In this document: positions 14,205 through 26,559 of the stretch, one piece after another
Layout: each line of letters opens with the position of its first letter
Position numbering within the stretch: the stretch's first letter is position 1
Assembly: GCA_034780895.1 (NCBI GenBank)
Contig: JAUZTB010000127.1
Coordinates: 57,703,908 to 57,767,907 of the forward strand
DNA length: 64,000 nucleotides
Direction: 5' to 3'
Source of the DNA: Rhynchobatus australiae
Taxonomy: Eukaryota
Translations under genes and position numbers: made by a program
The notes under the pieces: model-generated
The model's database searches: none
What the model saw: only the letters and a program-made list of their open reading frames with translations
Told to the model about the DNA's origin: nothing

Positions 14205-14929
14205 CAGTTGGCCATTCAGCACACATGCTCAATCAGCCGTTCAATAAGATCTTGGGGTTGATCTTTTGCCACCTTTCTGAAGAAACCCCATATCTTTTTA
14301 TTCCTTTAATATCTACAAATCTATTGATAATTGATTTAAACATACTCAGCAACTGAACCTCCAAAGCACTAATGTTGGGAATTCCAAAGTTTCACAGAGA
14401 CGCTGCATGAAACAATCTTCATCTTCTTGTCTTCAGTGGCTGTCCCTTATTTTTAGAGCTGGCCAGGTGAAATATCATGCTTGCATCTACACGTTCCACC
14501 CCTGAAAGAAATCTATAAATATCAATGAGATCAACTCTCATTCTTTTAAACAGAGGCCCAGTCTACTTAATCTCTCAACATACCCCACACCTCATTCCCA
14601 ATCCAAGAATAAATCTGATGAATCTTCATTGTATTCCTTCTCTCACAAATATATCCTTCATCAGATTAGTAGACGAGACCTGTAAACGATATCCCAGTTG
14701 CAATCTTACAAGTCTCTATCAAGTAAGACACTTTTATTCTTGTACTCAATATCTATTATGATCAAGGCCAACATACCATTTGGCTTTCTAATTGGTTGCT
14801 GTACTTTACATTAACTTTCACTGATTCATGTACAAGGACATACAAGTCCTTCTGAACACCAGCATCTTTAAATATCCTATCAATGAAAAAAATACACCAC
14901 TTCTCTTTTTCTCCTGAAATAAATTACCT
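14205..14929 (-). mobile_element. Old CR1-type LINE fragment, split by the Gypsy insertion (continues about 18887-18950)
   Basis: Antisense CR1 motifs such as aggccaacataccatttggctttctaattgg and tgtacaaggacatacaagtcc; the sequence reads through the ACCT TSD. Confidence 0.6.
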
Positions 14930-15220
14930 TGTAGCGATCCAGGCCCGCGGGGATCAAACCGCCATCAGCAGCAGTGGACGAACATGCGGGAGCATGTCGC
15001 AGTAAGCGTGTGCGGCGGGCCTTTTCCGGTAGGCCCGATGACATGCCCGGTGCAGGGCTCTGACGTCATGTCCAGCACAGGGCTCTAATGTCACATCCGG
15101 CGCAGCGCCGCAGGTATTTTAAGCACGCGTGCAGTTTTTAACTGACTTAGTGAAAACGTGTTTCGATCAAGTACCAACGACTCCGAGTTTTCTTTCTTTC
15201 ATTTGCCGCAAACGGCAACA
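14930..15220 (+). repeat. 5' LTR (291 bp)
   Basis: TGTAGCGATCC...CGGCAACA; aligns to 18615-18882 and is followed by the PBS. Confidence 0.95.
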
Positions 15221-15221
15221 T

Positions 15222-15235
15222 TGGTGACCCCGACG
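15222..15235 (+). promoter_or_regulatory. Primer-binding site complementary to tRNA-Trp
   Basis: TGGTGACCCCGACG lies 1 nt after the LTR and matches the first 14 nt of the known tRNA-Trp PBS (TGGTGACCCCGACGTGAT). Confidence 0.85.
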
Positions 15236-15263
15236 CTTCTAGACGGCATCTGGGATCAGCGCT

Positions 15264-15956
15264 ATGAGCTCTGACATGCACAACGCAGTCACCCTCAGGC
15301 TCCCGGCGTTCTGGGCCACGCAGCCCCACGTATGGTTTGAGCAGGCCGAGGCCCAGTTTAGCCTCAGAGACATTACTGCTGATGCCACACGTTACTACTA
15401 TGTGGTCAGCTCGCTCAACCAGGACACGGCCAGCCGCATCATCGACTTCCTCCATCGACCACCAGCAGAGGACAGGTATGCTAGAATTAAAGCGCTCCTT
15501 ACCCGGACCTTCGGGCTCTCCAGCCGCGAGCGGGCCTCGCGTCTCTTACACATGGACGGCCTGGGCGACCGGAAGCCTTCCAAGTTGATGGATGACATGC
15601 TGGCATTAATGGACGGCCATAAGCAGTGTTTCCTTTTCGAACAGTTGTTCCTTGAGCAGCTACCAGAGGACCTGCACCCTCTCCTCGAGGGCGAGGATTT
15701 CAGCAACCCCCACAGACTCGCGGCCCGCGCAGACATACTTTGCCAAAGTAAACAGCACGGCACAAGTTCCATCTGCCTGACGGTGACCGCACAACTCGAA
15801 CCCAAGGCCCCGCAGCCGAAACCGCCGGGGCCCACGAGGCTGAGGGAGGAGGAGTCAGAGCAGATGTGCTTCTACCATCGACGGTGGGGATCCAACGCAC
15901 GCCGTTGCCGCCCGCCATGTTCCTATCAGGGAAACACCGGGGCCGGCTGTCGTTAG
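15264..15956 (+). CDS. gag: Gypsy gag (230 aa, open frame)
   Basis: N-terminal LPAFW...WFEQAEAQF motif and C-terminal CFYH-x9-C-x3-C knuckle typical of this Gypsy group; located directly after the PBS. Confidence 0.9.
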   Translation: MSSDMHNAVTLRLPAFWATQPHVWFEQAEAQFSLRDITADATRYYYVVSSLNQDTASRIIDFLHRPPAEDRYARIKALLTRTFGLSSRERASRLLHMDGLGDRKPSKLMDDMLALMDGHKQCFLFEQLFLEQLPEDLHPLLEGEDFSNPHRLAARADILCQSKQHGTSSICLTVTAQLEPKAPQPKPPGPTRLREEESEQMCFYHRRWGSNARRCRPPCSYQGNTGAGCR

Positions 15957-15986
15957 TGGCTTCAACAGCTGGCCATCGTGATAGCC
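15929..15986 (+). promoter_or_regulatory. -1 programmed ribosomal frameshift signal (gag-pol)
   Basis: Slippery G_GGA_AAC in the correct gag phase (CAG GGA AAC), a 5-nt spacer, then a 10-bp stem 15941-15950/15965-15974. The protease lies in the -1 frame. Confidence 0.8.
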
Positions 15987-18523
15987 TTCTTTTCCTGTGG
16001 GACACTAGCTCCGGCCGATGTTTCCTTGTGGACACCGGGGCGGAAATCAGCGTCCTCCCGCCCACCAACATGGACACCCACAATGCGGCCCCAGGCCCCA
16101 AACTTTCAGCTGCGAATGGCATGACCATCCGCACATACAGCACACGCACCATTCCACTGCGTTTTGGGACCAGTTCATTTACCTGGACCTTTACAGTAGC
16201 AGCGGTGTCCAGGCCACTGTTAGGAGCGGATTTCCTATGGGCCAACCGCCTTCTGGTCGACCTTAAGGGCCGGCGGCTGGTCCATGTGGAGACATTTCAG
16301 TCATTGCAACGAGTTTGCCAGGGTACTTGCAAAGTTCCCCTCAATCACGACCCAGCAGTTCTCCACCGCCGCCCCCAAACATGGTGTACAACACCACATC
16401 CCCACGCAGGGGCCGTCGCTAGATGCCCGAGCCCACAGGCTCCCACCCAACAAGCTCCACCTCACCAAGGAGGAGATCCACAAGATGGAGGAGCTGGGGA
16501 TCATCAGGTGCTTGGACAGCCCATGGGCGTCGCCTTTGCACATGGTTCCCAAGGCCGCCGGGGGTTGGAGGCCCTGCGGGGACTATAGGCGACTCAACAA
16601 CACCACGACCACAGACAGGTACCCAGTGCTCCACGTCCAGGACTTTACGGCGAACCTGCATGGGGTGACCATTTTCTCCAAGATCGACCTGGTGAGGGGA
16701 TACCACCAGATCCCCGTACACCCCGATGATGTACCAAAGACGGCCCTCATTACTCCCTTCGGCCTGTTCGAGTTCCTGCGCATGCCTTTCGGCCTGAAGA
16801 ACGCCGCCCAGACCTTCCANNNNNNNNNNNNNNNNNNNNNNNNNNNNNNNNNNNNNNNNNNNNNNNNNNNNNNNNNNNNNNNNNNNNNNNNNNNNNNNNN
16901 NNNNNNNNNNNNNNNNNNNAAGGAGGCCTTAGCGGAAGCAACCCTCCTGGTACACCCGAGAGTTGACGTGCCCACGGCGCTCACAGTTGACGCCTCCGAT
17001 ACAGCGTTCGGCGGCGTCTTGAAGCAGTTTGTCGAGGGCAAGTGGAAGCCGCTTGCATTCTTCAGCTGCCACTTGAGACCATCGGAAGTGAAGTACAGCG
17101 CCTTTGACAGAGAACTCGAGCCCTCTACTTGGTGATTCGACACTTCCGGTACTTCCTCGAGGGAGGGAGTTTCACAGTGTACACAGACCACAAGCCCCTC
17201 ACCTTCGCTTTCGCAAAGGCATCGGACCCGTGGTCAGCTCGGCAGCAAAGGCACCACTCGTTCATTTCAGAGTTCACCACTGACGTCAGGCACATCGCAG
17301 GGAAGAACAACGTAGTCACCGACACCCTGTCCCGCCCCAACGCTCACTCAGTGACCACGGCAACGGTCGGTATTGACTACGAAGCCCTGGCCCAGGCACA
17401 ACAGACAGACGCTGAAATCCCGGCGTATCGTACCACCGTATCGGGGCTCCACCTGGAGGACATCCGGATAGGCCCAGCAGTGGTTCGGCTCCTCTGCGAT
17501 ACATCCAACGGCAGGCCATGACCCGTGGTGCCGGCAACATGGAGGAGACGAGTTTTCGACGAGTTGCACGGCCTGGCTCACCCATCCATCAGAGGGTCCA
17601 TCAAACTGGTCGCAGACAAGTTCGTTTGGCACGGTTTGCGGAAGCAAGTAGGGCACTGGGCCAGGACCTGCATTCACTGCCAGTTGTCCAAGGTCCAGCG
17701 GCACATAAAGGCCCCCCCACAGCCATTCTAGCCCACGCTCGGGAGGTTCAGACACATCCACGTGGACATAGTCAGGCCCCCGCCAGTTTCTCGCGGTGCC
17801 AGATACCTATTCACCATGGTGGACAGGTTCACCAGGTGGCCGGAGGCTATACTGTTGTCAGACACGTCCACAGAGTCATGCGCCAGGGCCCTCATCACCA
17901 GTTGGATTGCCAGGTTCGGACTCCCAACATCACCTCGGACAGAGGGGCACAGTTTACATCCAGCCTGTGGACGGCTCTGGCACAACTGTTAGGTATGAGG
18001 TTACATTGCACCACGGCCTACCACCCGCAGTCTAGCGGCCTGGTTGAGCGCTTCCACAGGCACCTCAAGGGACCCAATTGGTTGGACGAGCTCCCATGGG
18101 TCCTCTTGGGTATCTGCACGGCCCCTAAAGAAGACCTGGGCACCTCCTCAGCGGAATTGGTGTATGGCACCCCTCTAACAGTCCCAGGGGAATTCATCCC
18201 GCAGGCCCAGGACCCTGTGGCGAGACTGGCAGAGGTGCTATCACCGCTGCGGGACAAGGTAGGCAAGATGGCACCTGTCCCTACCTCCCGACACTGCATG
18301 CCACCGTCTTTTGTTCCCAGAGACCTCAGAACCTGCAAGTACGTTTTCATCTGCAGGGGTGCGCCAAGAGCACCACTGCAGAGGCCATACGAGGGCCCAT
18401 TCAGGGTGCTCCAGCACAATGGCTCCATGTGTCGTGGATGTGGGAGGTCGAGAAGAGACGTTCAGGATTGATCGCCTCAAACTGGCTCACGTGGACATTG
18501 AACGGCCAGTTCAGGTGCCCTAG
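15929..18523 (+). pseudogene. pol: Gypsy pol (protease, RT, RNase H, integrase), disrupted
   Basis: Protease FLVDTGAEIS; [13 protein letters not shown]...[14 protein letters not shown]...MPFGLKNA (the YxDD motif presumably falls in the 100-N gap); RNase H TVDAS...YSAFDREL...TDHKPL; integrase HHCC, SDRGAQF, GLVERFHR and GPF. Stops at about 17519 and 17729, plus several frameshifts and deletions. Confidence 0.93.
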
Positions 18524-18595
18524 CCACGCCAGCGGGGCAGACTGCCCAGGAAGGGCACACAGGCTAATGCCCACTTGCCCCCGATGGGCGCTTCT

Positions 18596-18614
18596 GGGGG
18601 AGGGGGGGTGGTGG
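18596..18614 (+). promoter_or_regulatory. Polypurine tract
   Basis: GGGGGAGGGGGGGTGGTGG directly before the 3' LTR. Confidence 0.8.
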
Positions 18615-18882
18615 TGTAGCGATCCAGGCCCACAGGGATCGAACCGCCATCGGCGGCTATGGACGAATGCACAGGAGCACGTCGCGGTAAGCGTGTGCGG
18701 CGGGCCTTTTCCGGTAGGCCCCTGATGACACGTCCGGCGCAGGGCTCTGACGTCACGTCTGGTGCAGCGCCGTGGGTATTTTAAGTAAGTGCGTGGTTTT
18801 TAACTGACTTAGTAAAAACATGTTTTGATCAAGTACCAACGACTCCGAGTTTTCTTTGTTTTATTTGCCACGAATGGCAACA
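18615..18882 (+). repeat. 3' LTR (268 bp)
   Basis: TGTAGCGATCC...TGGCAACA followed by the ACCT TSD. Confidence 0.95.
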
Positions 18883-19482
18883 ACCTCATATTTCTTTTCC
18901 CATTCACTCAGTCCCTTGAAGCCTCTGAACATCCCTTAAATATCTCTACAACCCACCCATGAGAGCCTCCCCTGATTCTACAGTGGATTACCAGCCAAGA
19001 ATTTCACTTCAGAATATCTGTTCACCTGAGGAAAACATTTTTCTCACCGACAACAATGTTATCACAACACAAAAACTCAGTAGATACACACTGGAGGTTA
19101 TATCATATAAAGGAAACATGCAAAAGCAAGGGCAAGAAATTGAAACAAAAGATTTAGAAATAGGAGCAGTGAGCTTGCTGAAATGAGGTGGAATTGGAAC
19201 TTGGCACAAAGGATTATAGATTGACTGAAGGATTTTGTCCTCAATGGAACTGTAATGCTGTGGTATACATGCAGCTATGAAAATGACTATTTATTAGCTA
19301 CATATTGGAAATTAAAAGGTTAATTATATATCTGAGCAGGAGACATACGGGAATGGAAAATGTGAGAAATTGCAGAGAATAAAGGAAGTGGTTAAGAGAG
19401 AGATAAGGATACAAGTAATGAGAGGAAGGAATTCTAAGAAAATTTAAAATAAAACCCAAAAAATGTCAATTTGAGTTTATTT

Positions 19483-19635
19483 TCTTTAAACTCACCAGTG
19501 CCCCATTTCCCATACTCCCATTAAACGTACAAGGGCCCCAATTCCCATGGTCCTTGTAAACTCACCATACCCTATTACACTTGCTCCCTTTAAATTCAAA
19601 AAGGCCCAGTTTCATGTGTTCCATTTAAACTCAGG
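19483..19635. repeat. Degenerate minisatellite, about 35-bp unit, 4-5 copies
   Basis: Recurring ttaaactcacca...gccccatttccca...ctccc units. Confidence 0.6.
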
Positions 19636-20019
19636 AGGTTCAACATGAAAAATAATTACACTATTCTTGACATTGCAATAAATGTTAATTAAAAGGGTGT
19701 TGGAGTATTAATAGGAGTAATAGACAAGAGGTCACAAAATCTGCCAATCTGGAACCAAAATCCGCAGAGTGCTGGATTAATGAAAATTTATTTTGTTTCA
19801 GTGCCTACAAAAACATAGGATATTGGAGAACACAAAAATCCTGAATTGCTTTCAAGTCAGATCAGATATAATACAGAAACTGGTTAAAATGAGCATGGTG
19901 ATAGTAGTAGCAAAATGGCAAATAACATTACTTGAGCAGCTTAAAGAAGCCCATGAACACATGATACACAGCAGCAGCATCACCACAGTATTCCCTTTTC
20001 TTTTATTTATTAATTTTTC

Positions 20020-21190
20020 ATGCTGTGGGCATCACCAACTTGGCCAGAATTTATTGTCCTTCCCCAATGCTTTCAAGGTGATGGTGAAACATTGCAGTCA
20101 TTTCTGGTGAAGGTACTCCTGCAATGCTATAGGGTACTGTGATGATGAATGAAAAGCAATACATTTCTAAGTAAGGACGGTGTACAATTTGGAGGGTAAC
20201 CTGCATGGTATTCCCATAACTTCCTATTCTTGACTTCCTTAGTAATAAAAGCCATAGGTTTGGGAAGTGTCGCTGGAGAAACTCAGGCAAGTAACCGCAG
20301 CTCATTTTGTATGTGGTGCACATGTAGCAACAATGCACCAGTGGTGGAGAGAATTAATATTTAGGGTGGTGGAAAGAGTGCCAATCAAGCAGGCTACATC
20401 AACTTGGATGACATTAAGATACAAGTATTGTAGGAGTTGCACCCATCCAGGTATGCTCCCAACTTGCACTTTGCAGACAGTGGAAAGGCTTCAGAGTACA
20501 AGGAGGCAAGTCACTTCTTTCAGGATACCCAGTTTCTGACCTGCTCTTTTGGTTCTGCAACTGGTCCATTTGAGTTTATGATTCATGGTGTCTGCCCCCA
20601 CGCATCACAGTGTTCATGGTGGAAGACACTGTGATTACGTCTCTCACCTATCATCGAACATCAAGGCTCGGTGGTTAGGCTCTCTCTTGCTGAAAATGGA
20701 ATGGCATTTTGTGACACAAATATTAACTTGCCACTGCTCAGCCCATTTCTCCATGTGTCCTGGGTCTCTACAAGTAGTTGTGAGCAGCTTCATCTTTTCA
20801 AAGGTTTGCAAACAGAATTGTGCATCAGCAAACATCCCCATTTCTGTAGGATGGGCAATGAGGAACTACTGCAGTGATGTCTTTCAGCTAGGTTAATTGC
20901 TCTCCAAAAACCACAAATATCTTGTGCGAGAAATGAGTCCAATCAATGCAATGTTTTCCTCTTGATTCAGTGGCATTGACTTCAGTTTTACCAGGATTCC
21001 TTGATGTTGTCCTAAACCAGATGCTGACAACGTCATGGGCATTACTTTCATCCATCTCTTAACATTTTAGTCCATGTTTGGACAAACACTATGATGAGGT
21101 CCAGAGTCAAGTGACCCTGGCCAAACCCAAATTAGGCATTAGTTATTGCACAATGTGCTGCCTGAAAGCACTACTAACAATACCTTACAA
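20020..21190 (-). mobile_element. CR1/L2-group LINE, 3' portion, degraded
   Basis: Minus translation MEKWAEQWQVNICVTKCHSIFSKRE (RT C-terminus); the tail is antisense to 1385-1712. Confidence 0.7.
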
Positions 21191-22399
21191 TCTTCTTTTC
21201 ACTGTGTATTAGAAATGTATTCCAGATAGATCTTATTCAAATGCTAAATTTGTCAATTTAAATTACCAGCAGCACAAACAGGAGAGTGAACAGATTGCAC
21301 TTCTTGCAACAACTCCCTACATCATTGACATAGATAGAGGAATTTGTGTCTTTATCTTGATGTGCACACATCTAGAGCACTCAGATGCCTTTTCTGTTTG
21401 AACTGGGAAAAAAAGTAAAGAATAATTTATTTTCCCAAAAAGTGCTTCTGTCATGATTTTTGCCACAGCCATCTAGGAAACTATTTCTCAGGAATTATTC
21501 ATCAGTATCTTAATTAGAAAAGGGTACAAATTTACACTCTAGCATAAAGGAAAAATAACTACTGTCTTTTTAGCTTAATCAGAACCTATTAGCTCTCAGG
21601 CTCACCATAATTAGAAACACTGCTGTTGAATGGAACAAGTATTATTTTGCCAATTATAGAATGCTTCCATGCTGCAGTGCATATAGATGTATTGTCTTTG
21701 TGATACCTAATCATAACACAGAAAACATTAACATATTAAGTAAAAAATGCAATACATTCAGTCACAAGGGATCAAAACTCTAATCAGTTTTATTTCAACT
21801 GTTCATACTTATCCGTTAGAAGGATTTAATTTTGATAGATTTGCATGGTAAACAACAGTAATATAAAAATGAAGTTACTACCTCAATCTTTTATGGATCA
21901 TCATTTTGATGAACCCATTTAAATTGGATAAACTTCACATCTATTCATTTTACCATGAAATCTGAGACCTTTATTATTGAAGTCATCCCTTTAAAATTTA
22001 TAGCTTTGGATGTCCATCCATGTTTGTCCTCAGATGACTGTCCAACACCTTAAACCTGGGACCTTATAATAGCACCTGGCACTCCATTGTTCACATAAGG
22101 ATATCTGAACTCTGACCTCTACCTTCCCAAGTTGTTTTTCCACATGGTTACTTAATCCCTGGTCTTGAATAGACAGCCTGAACATATTTGATTTCATTGG
22201 AAATAAACTGAAGATGGTTGTGGGCGTCAAAGGCCTTGGGCTGCTCTCCAATAAAATTAGTTCTAATCATGCAGAAATATCTGCCACTCAACAATATTCC
22301 TTCACCGAAGTTCAAGCTGAAGCTGCCTTGTCATAGATAGCATTGAAAAGATAGAAGATGAAGCCTAGCTTTCCGTATTTGCTCTTCAAATATGCACCA

Positions 22400-22660
22400 G
22401 AGGAGATGTACAGGGCAGAGTTTTTTTTACACAGAATGATGATTGCCTGGAATGTGCTGTTGGGATGGTGGGTGCAAGAGGATACGACAGAGGCATTTAA
22501 GAGGCTCTTAGATAGGCACATGAAAATGCAGTGTCTGGAAGGATATGGTCCATGTGCAGGCAGAAGGAATTAGTTTAATTAGGCTTCATTAGCTTAATTA
22601 ATTCGGCACAACATCATGAGTCGAAGGGTCTGTTCCTGTGCTGCACTGTTCTACGTTCAC
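22400..22660 (+). mobile_element. CR1 (HER1-like) 3' end
   Basis: FFLHRMMIAWNVL...EAFKRLLDRHM followed by the tail gggtctgttcctgtgctgcactgttcta. Confidence 0.8.
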
Positions 22661-25600
22661 CTGGAACGTTCATCTACCAGCACCACCAACTGAACGTTGA
22701 ACCAGACCAGTCATCCGTGACACACACTTCTCCTGACATTTAACATCATCTTACACTTCACGTCATCTTACACACACAACTTGAGGGGTACTTTTGCAAG
22801 GTCATTCCTTTGTAAATGCAACGCAAAGAAGGTTGTCCCTCAACTTCCACTCCTTCAGCAACACACTGTGCAGTATATATAAAGCACTGGATCAACTCTG
22901 AGATTCCTAAAGAACACCTCTCAGTCCTTCAACCTCTACCACGAACAACACTGTGAAAACCCTGAAGTTCTCACCCCAAGCAGTGTACCACAAAGACATA
23001 CATATTTCTCTTTCTTCAAGTACACTGATTCAGAACTCTCAAATGAAACCAGAACTTAAATGGTTAAATTAAAGGAAACAGGAATGTAAACTTGGGTTCA
23101 ATTCACTTGTATTTAAAAGTTGTTTGTGAGGTATCTGAAGTATTTAAAACTGTGCAACAGTATTGAGAGACAGAAGCTATTTCTCCTGGCAGGGTTTTCC
23201 ATAATAAGAGATGAATCTCAAAATGAGAGATCCATTTTCCAGGAATAAAATTAGATGGAAAACTAAGTGATGAGGATGCAAGACAGTAGGGAAGGAATGT
23301 TATTGGATTAAGTGAATGGCCAAGGCCAAGAGTTCAAGTTCTATTACATTCAATAATCTGAGTGCCAAGTAGAGTTTTGGTCTCCCGACCCAGCAGAAAA
23401 TTATACTTGCCCAAAAGGCAATGCAATGGAAGATGAGAAGAATGCAGGGCTTGCATTCCCAAGATCAAAAATGTACAACATCCAGCCTATTGGATGTTTC
23501 CCTCTGGTCTGAGCTGAAGCTCTTGGAAAAGAAATAAAGATCAAGAGCACCTTAACAGAAGGCTAATCTTCCCATCATCCAGCTGGTAAAGGGGCAGTAT
23601 GAAAAATGTAAGCAACATTCAGCAGATAGCAAAGAAGAAATATAGAAATGAATTAGCAGAGGGGGATTGGCTACTCTCCAAACTCTGACAGCCGAGGTTC
23701 ATTCTATTGGGCTTTCAGTTATTCTTTACTCAAATGAGCAGCTGGGAAAGCTCAGGAATGGGTTTCTTTCTCTATCTGGACTCTTTCTCTATCTCACAAA
23801 GCCTCTCTGCCACATAGAACACATTTTACATTAGAATTTCCTACCCAAAATTTGAACTCGTCATACAAAGCCTGCAACTGGTAACTGTCTACCATCCACA
23901 AGTTGTTTAGGTACCAATAGAGTATTTATGCTGCTTGTTTTAGGCATATTCAGGCACTTAGCCATTTATGAATACGGAAAAGAAATAATTANNNNNNNNN
24001 NNNNNNNNNNNNNNNNNNNNNNNNNNNNNNNNNNNNNNNNNNNNNNNNNTGTGGTTCTACCAGAAACCTTGGCAGCGCTGTGGTGAGTGTCCTGTTGATC
24101 ATGTGATGGGATGAGGCTGGGATTAAAATCTTCAGCTTTTTAGTGGAGGGGAAATGTATGGATTTGGAGTGTAGTCAAAGAAGGGACCCAAATGAGGGTA
24201 AAATTTGTAAAAGAATGAATTTGTATCATGAGAAAGTGATGTCCCTCAAAAAAAACAGGGCGAAGGAATAACGTCAGAAATAAAGCAGAAAAAAAATGGA
24301 CAAGCATCAGGTGGTCTATAGGTCTTGGATGGTAAAATACTGTGTTGTTCAAGGCAAGGGCCTGAAAAGTTCAGTTTGCAATGAATGTTGTAGTGCCAAA
24401 GGAATTCAAAAAGGAGATATTAAAAGGCCTAATATTGCAGTTTTAATCCATTTACTGGACAACTGGCAAACAAAAATACAAATTTTGTGTGCACGTTACA
24501 ACCTTTTCCAGAAGGTGCAGAAAACAACAGAAGTGGTCAAGGAGGTAAATTTCCAAATTGTTTCATTACTTTCTAAGAATATCTTGTGAAAGGCTGCACA
24601 TTAATAGCATGTGAATAATTATGTCCTATGGAAGCTCTGAACTTTTCAACGATATTATAAATTGTATGGCTGTTCAGCATCTTGTGCCAGACTTGGAAAA
24701 TGGCAGTTATTGACAGCTTCCCTGGTTTTTCTGGGCATCACTCTCATGACACAAATTCATTATTTTACAATGAAAGGCACAACAAAATTTTTTTTTGCTT
24801 ATACTCAGCTCAGATGGCAAAACTTCTGTGCATCATGACAAATATATGCGAGATTTTCAACTGTTACGTACCAGCAACAATAGAAACTCAACGAGCCATG
24901 AACGTGTTAAAAACTATTTTATTAATAACTACTTGTAATAATAAAAGTAAAAATAAAGATATTGAACATTAACCCCAAGATTAAACTCAAAGTGTGTGTG
25001 TGGCAAATTCCCAAACCCCAATTCTAGGAATAGTTCTCAAAGTTCAGTTCAGCAAGTCATAAGGTAGAACGTGAGCAAAGGCTTTTGCAAAACCGTCGTT
25101 GACTGAAGAGAAAATGTAAAGAGAATTTACAAAATCCACATGTTCCACAATGGAACCCATACGACACCTCAATCTCCGATGATCTCCACTGCTTTGTTCC
25201 GAAGTATCTGCCATTGAATGCGAAGGCATTCGATATGTGACCACCCACAGAAATACCTGCTTTCCATTACAGGTTAACAACAAAGTGGACTCCACTTGAT
25301 TGTTTCAAAAATCCATACATGGATTGTAGTGACAGACACAGCTATTGTCCTTCATCCATTGATACAGAGACCAGTAATCAGTGTCCCTCTCTCTCCGACT
25401 CTGTGCAAAACAGCCAGCATGTTCCAATTATTCTTGCCGTCTTGGAGATAACACACACTTCTACTCTACTATCCAGGTGCCTTAAAGGGACATTCACCAA
25501 ATAGCAACCTGGCTCATAACACAACAAGATAACAGGCCTGGCATGATTTCAAGGACAAACAATGGGTGCAGGCTTGCTTATCAGCCTCCTGATGAAGAGA

Positions 25601-26559
25601 GAGTTTTTAGGGCTGCAGTGGAAGAACTTCATCAACAGTTCAACAGATGGCACCCTTTCAATGGCAGGGGAGCGAAATGAAATTGTCATACATTTCCAGG
25701 AGTAAGCTGGGTGATTTAGAAGCACATCTAGTATTACTGTGTTGTACACTAGCAAAATCTTGATTTGCACAGATATTGGTTTCAAGCAAATATTGTTTCC
25801 TCCATTACCAACTTCATGCTATCTTGCTGACTCAATTATTGACAATTCAAAACACCTTTAGAAGAAACCAAAGCTAAGGGCAATCATATACCTTTAGATA
25901 CAAAAGGGAGGTTGCTGAAGAAGGGTAAAAACCATGAAAAGGTTTGCCATTTTCCATTCAGAGAACTGTACTCATTTAATGGCAGAAGGAAGACCTGTGG
26001 GCATCCCATTTCATGACAGGATACTTTGAAAATATGCTTTGTCAACCGACTTTGCTACCGAGCTTTATAATTGAAATATTCAGCTCCAAGCAAAAGAACA
26101 ATAGATCTGAACTCGCTATCCAAGTCGTATCTTTTCAGATTAAACAAAAGTTCCGTACACAACCACAGAATGGTGATTTTTCTTGATGTTCCCAAAATGA
26201 TCTCCCAGTAGCAGTTCAACACACCATATTCATCTTGAGGAATTAACCTGGCAAACTTGCATTATTTTATTTTAGTTTGTAAAGCTATGGTCATTTTAAC
26301 ATAAGGTTTAGGACCAACATCTTATCTTCCAACTACGAAGTTTGCACCCTTCCTACTCAACAGTGACTTCTCCAATTTTAGATGACTCGCTCTTTCTTTC
26401 AACATCAGATAAGCCATTTCTGCCTGTCATCATTTTGACTCAGTTTTTCTTTTTCTTCTTGTGTAGACTGGCCTGCTGGGCATGTCCCAAAAACTTGCTA
26501 TTAACAATNNNNNNNNNNATACGTTACACAGATAAAGCATAACGTGCTTCTCACTGCCA

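Larger units (their letters stand above)
14930..18882 (+). mobile_element. Full-length Gypsy/Ty3 LTR retrotransposon, inactivated, no env
   Basis: Two homologous TG...CA LTRs and a 4-bp TSD ACCT (14926-14929 and 18883-18886). PBS and PPT are present, and gene order is gag-protease-RT-RNaseH-integrase. GC-rich against AT-rich flanks. Confidence 0.97.

Noticed and set aside
15147-18756. Many antisense and alternative-frame ORFs within the Gypsy element
   Set aside because: Expected shadow ORFs of GC-rich coding sequence; no env-like or other recognisable product.
19483-19635. Repeats of about 35 bp superficially like a CRISPR array
   Set aside because: Degenerate tandem units without unique spacers, in a vertebrate context with no cas genes.
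22680-23000. TATATATAAAG within C/A-rich sequence, possible old LTR or promoter
   Set aside because: No TG...CA ends or TSD could be found.
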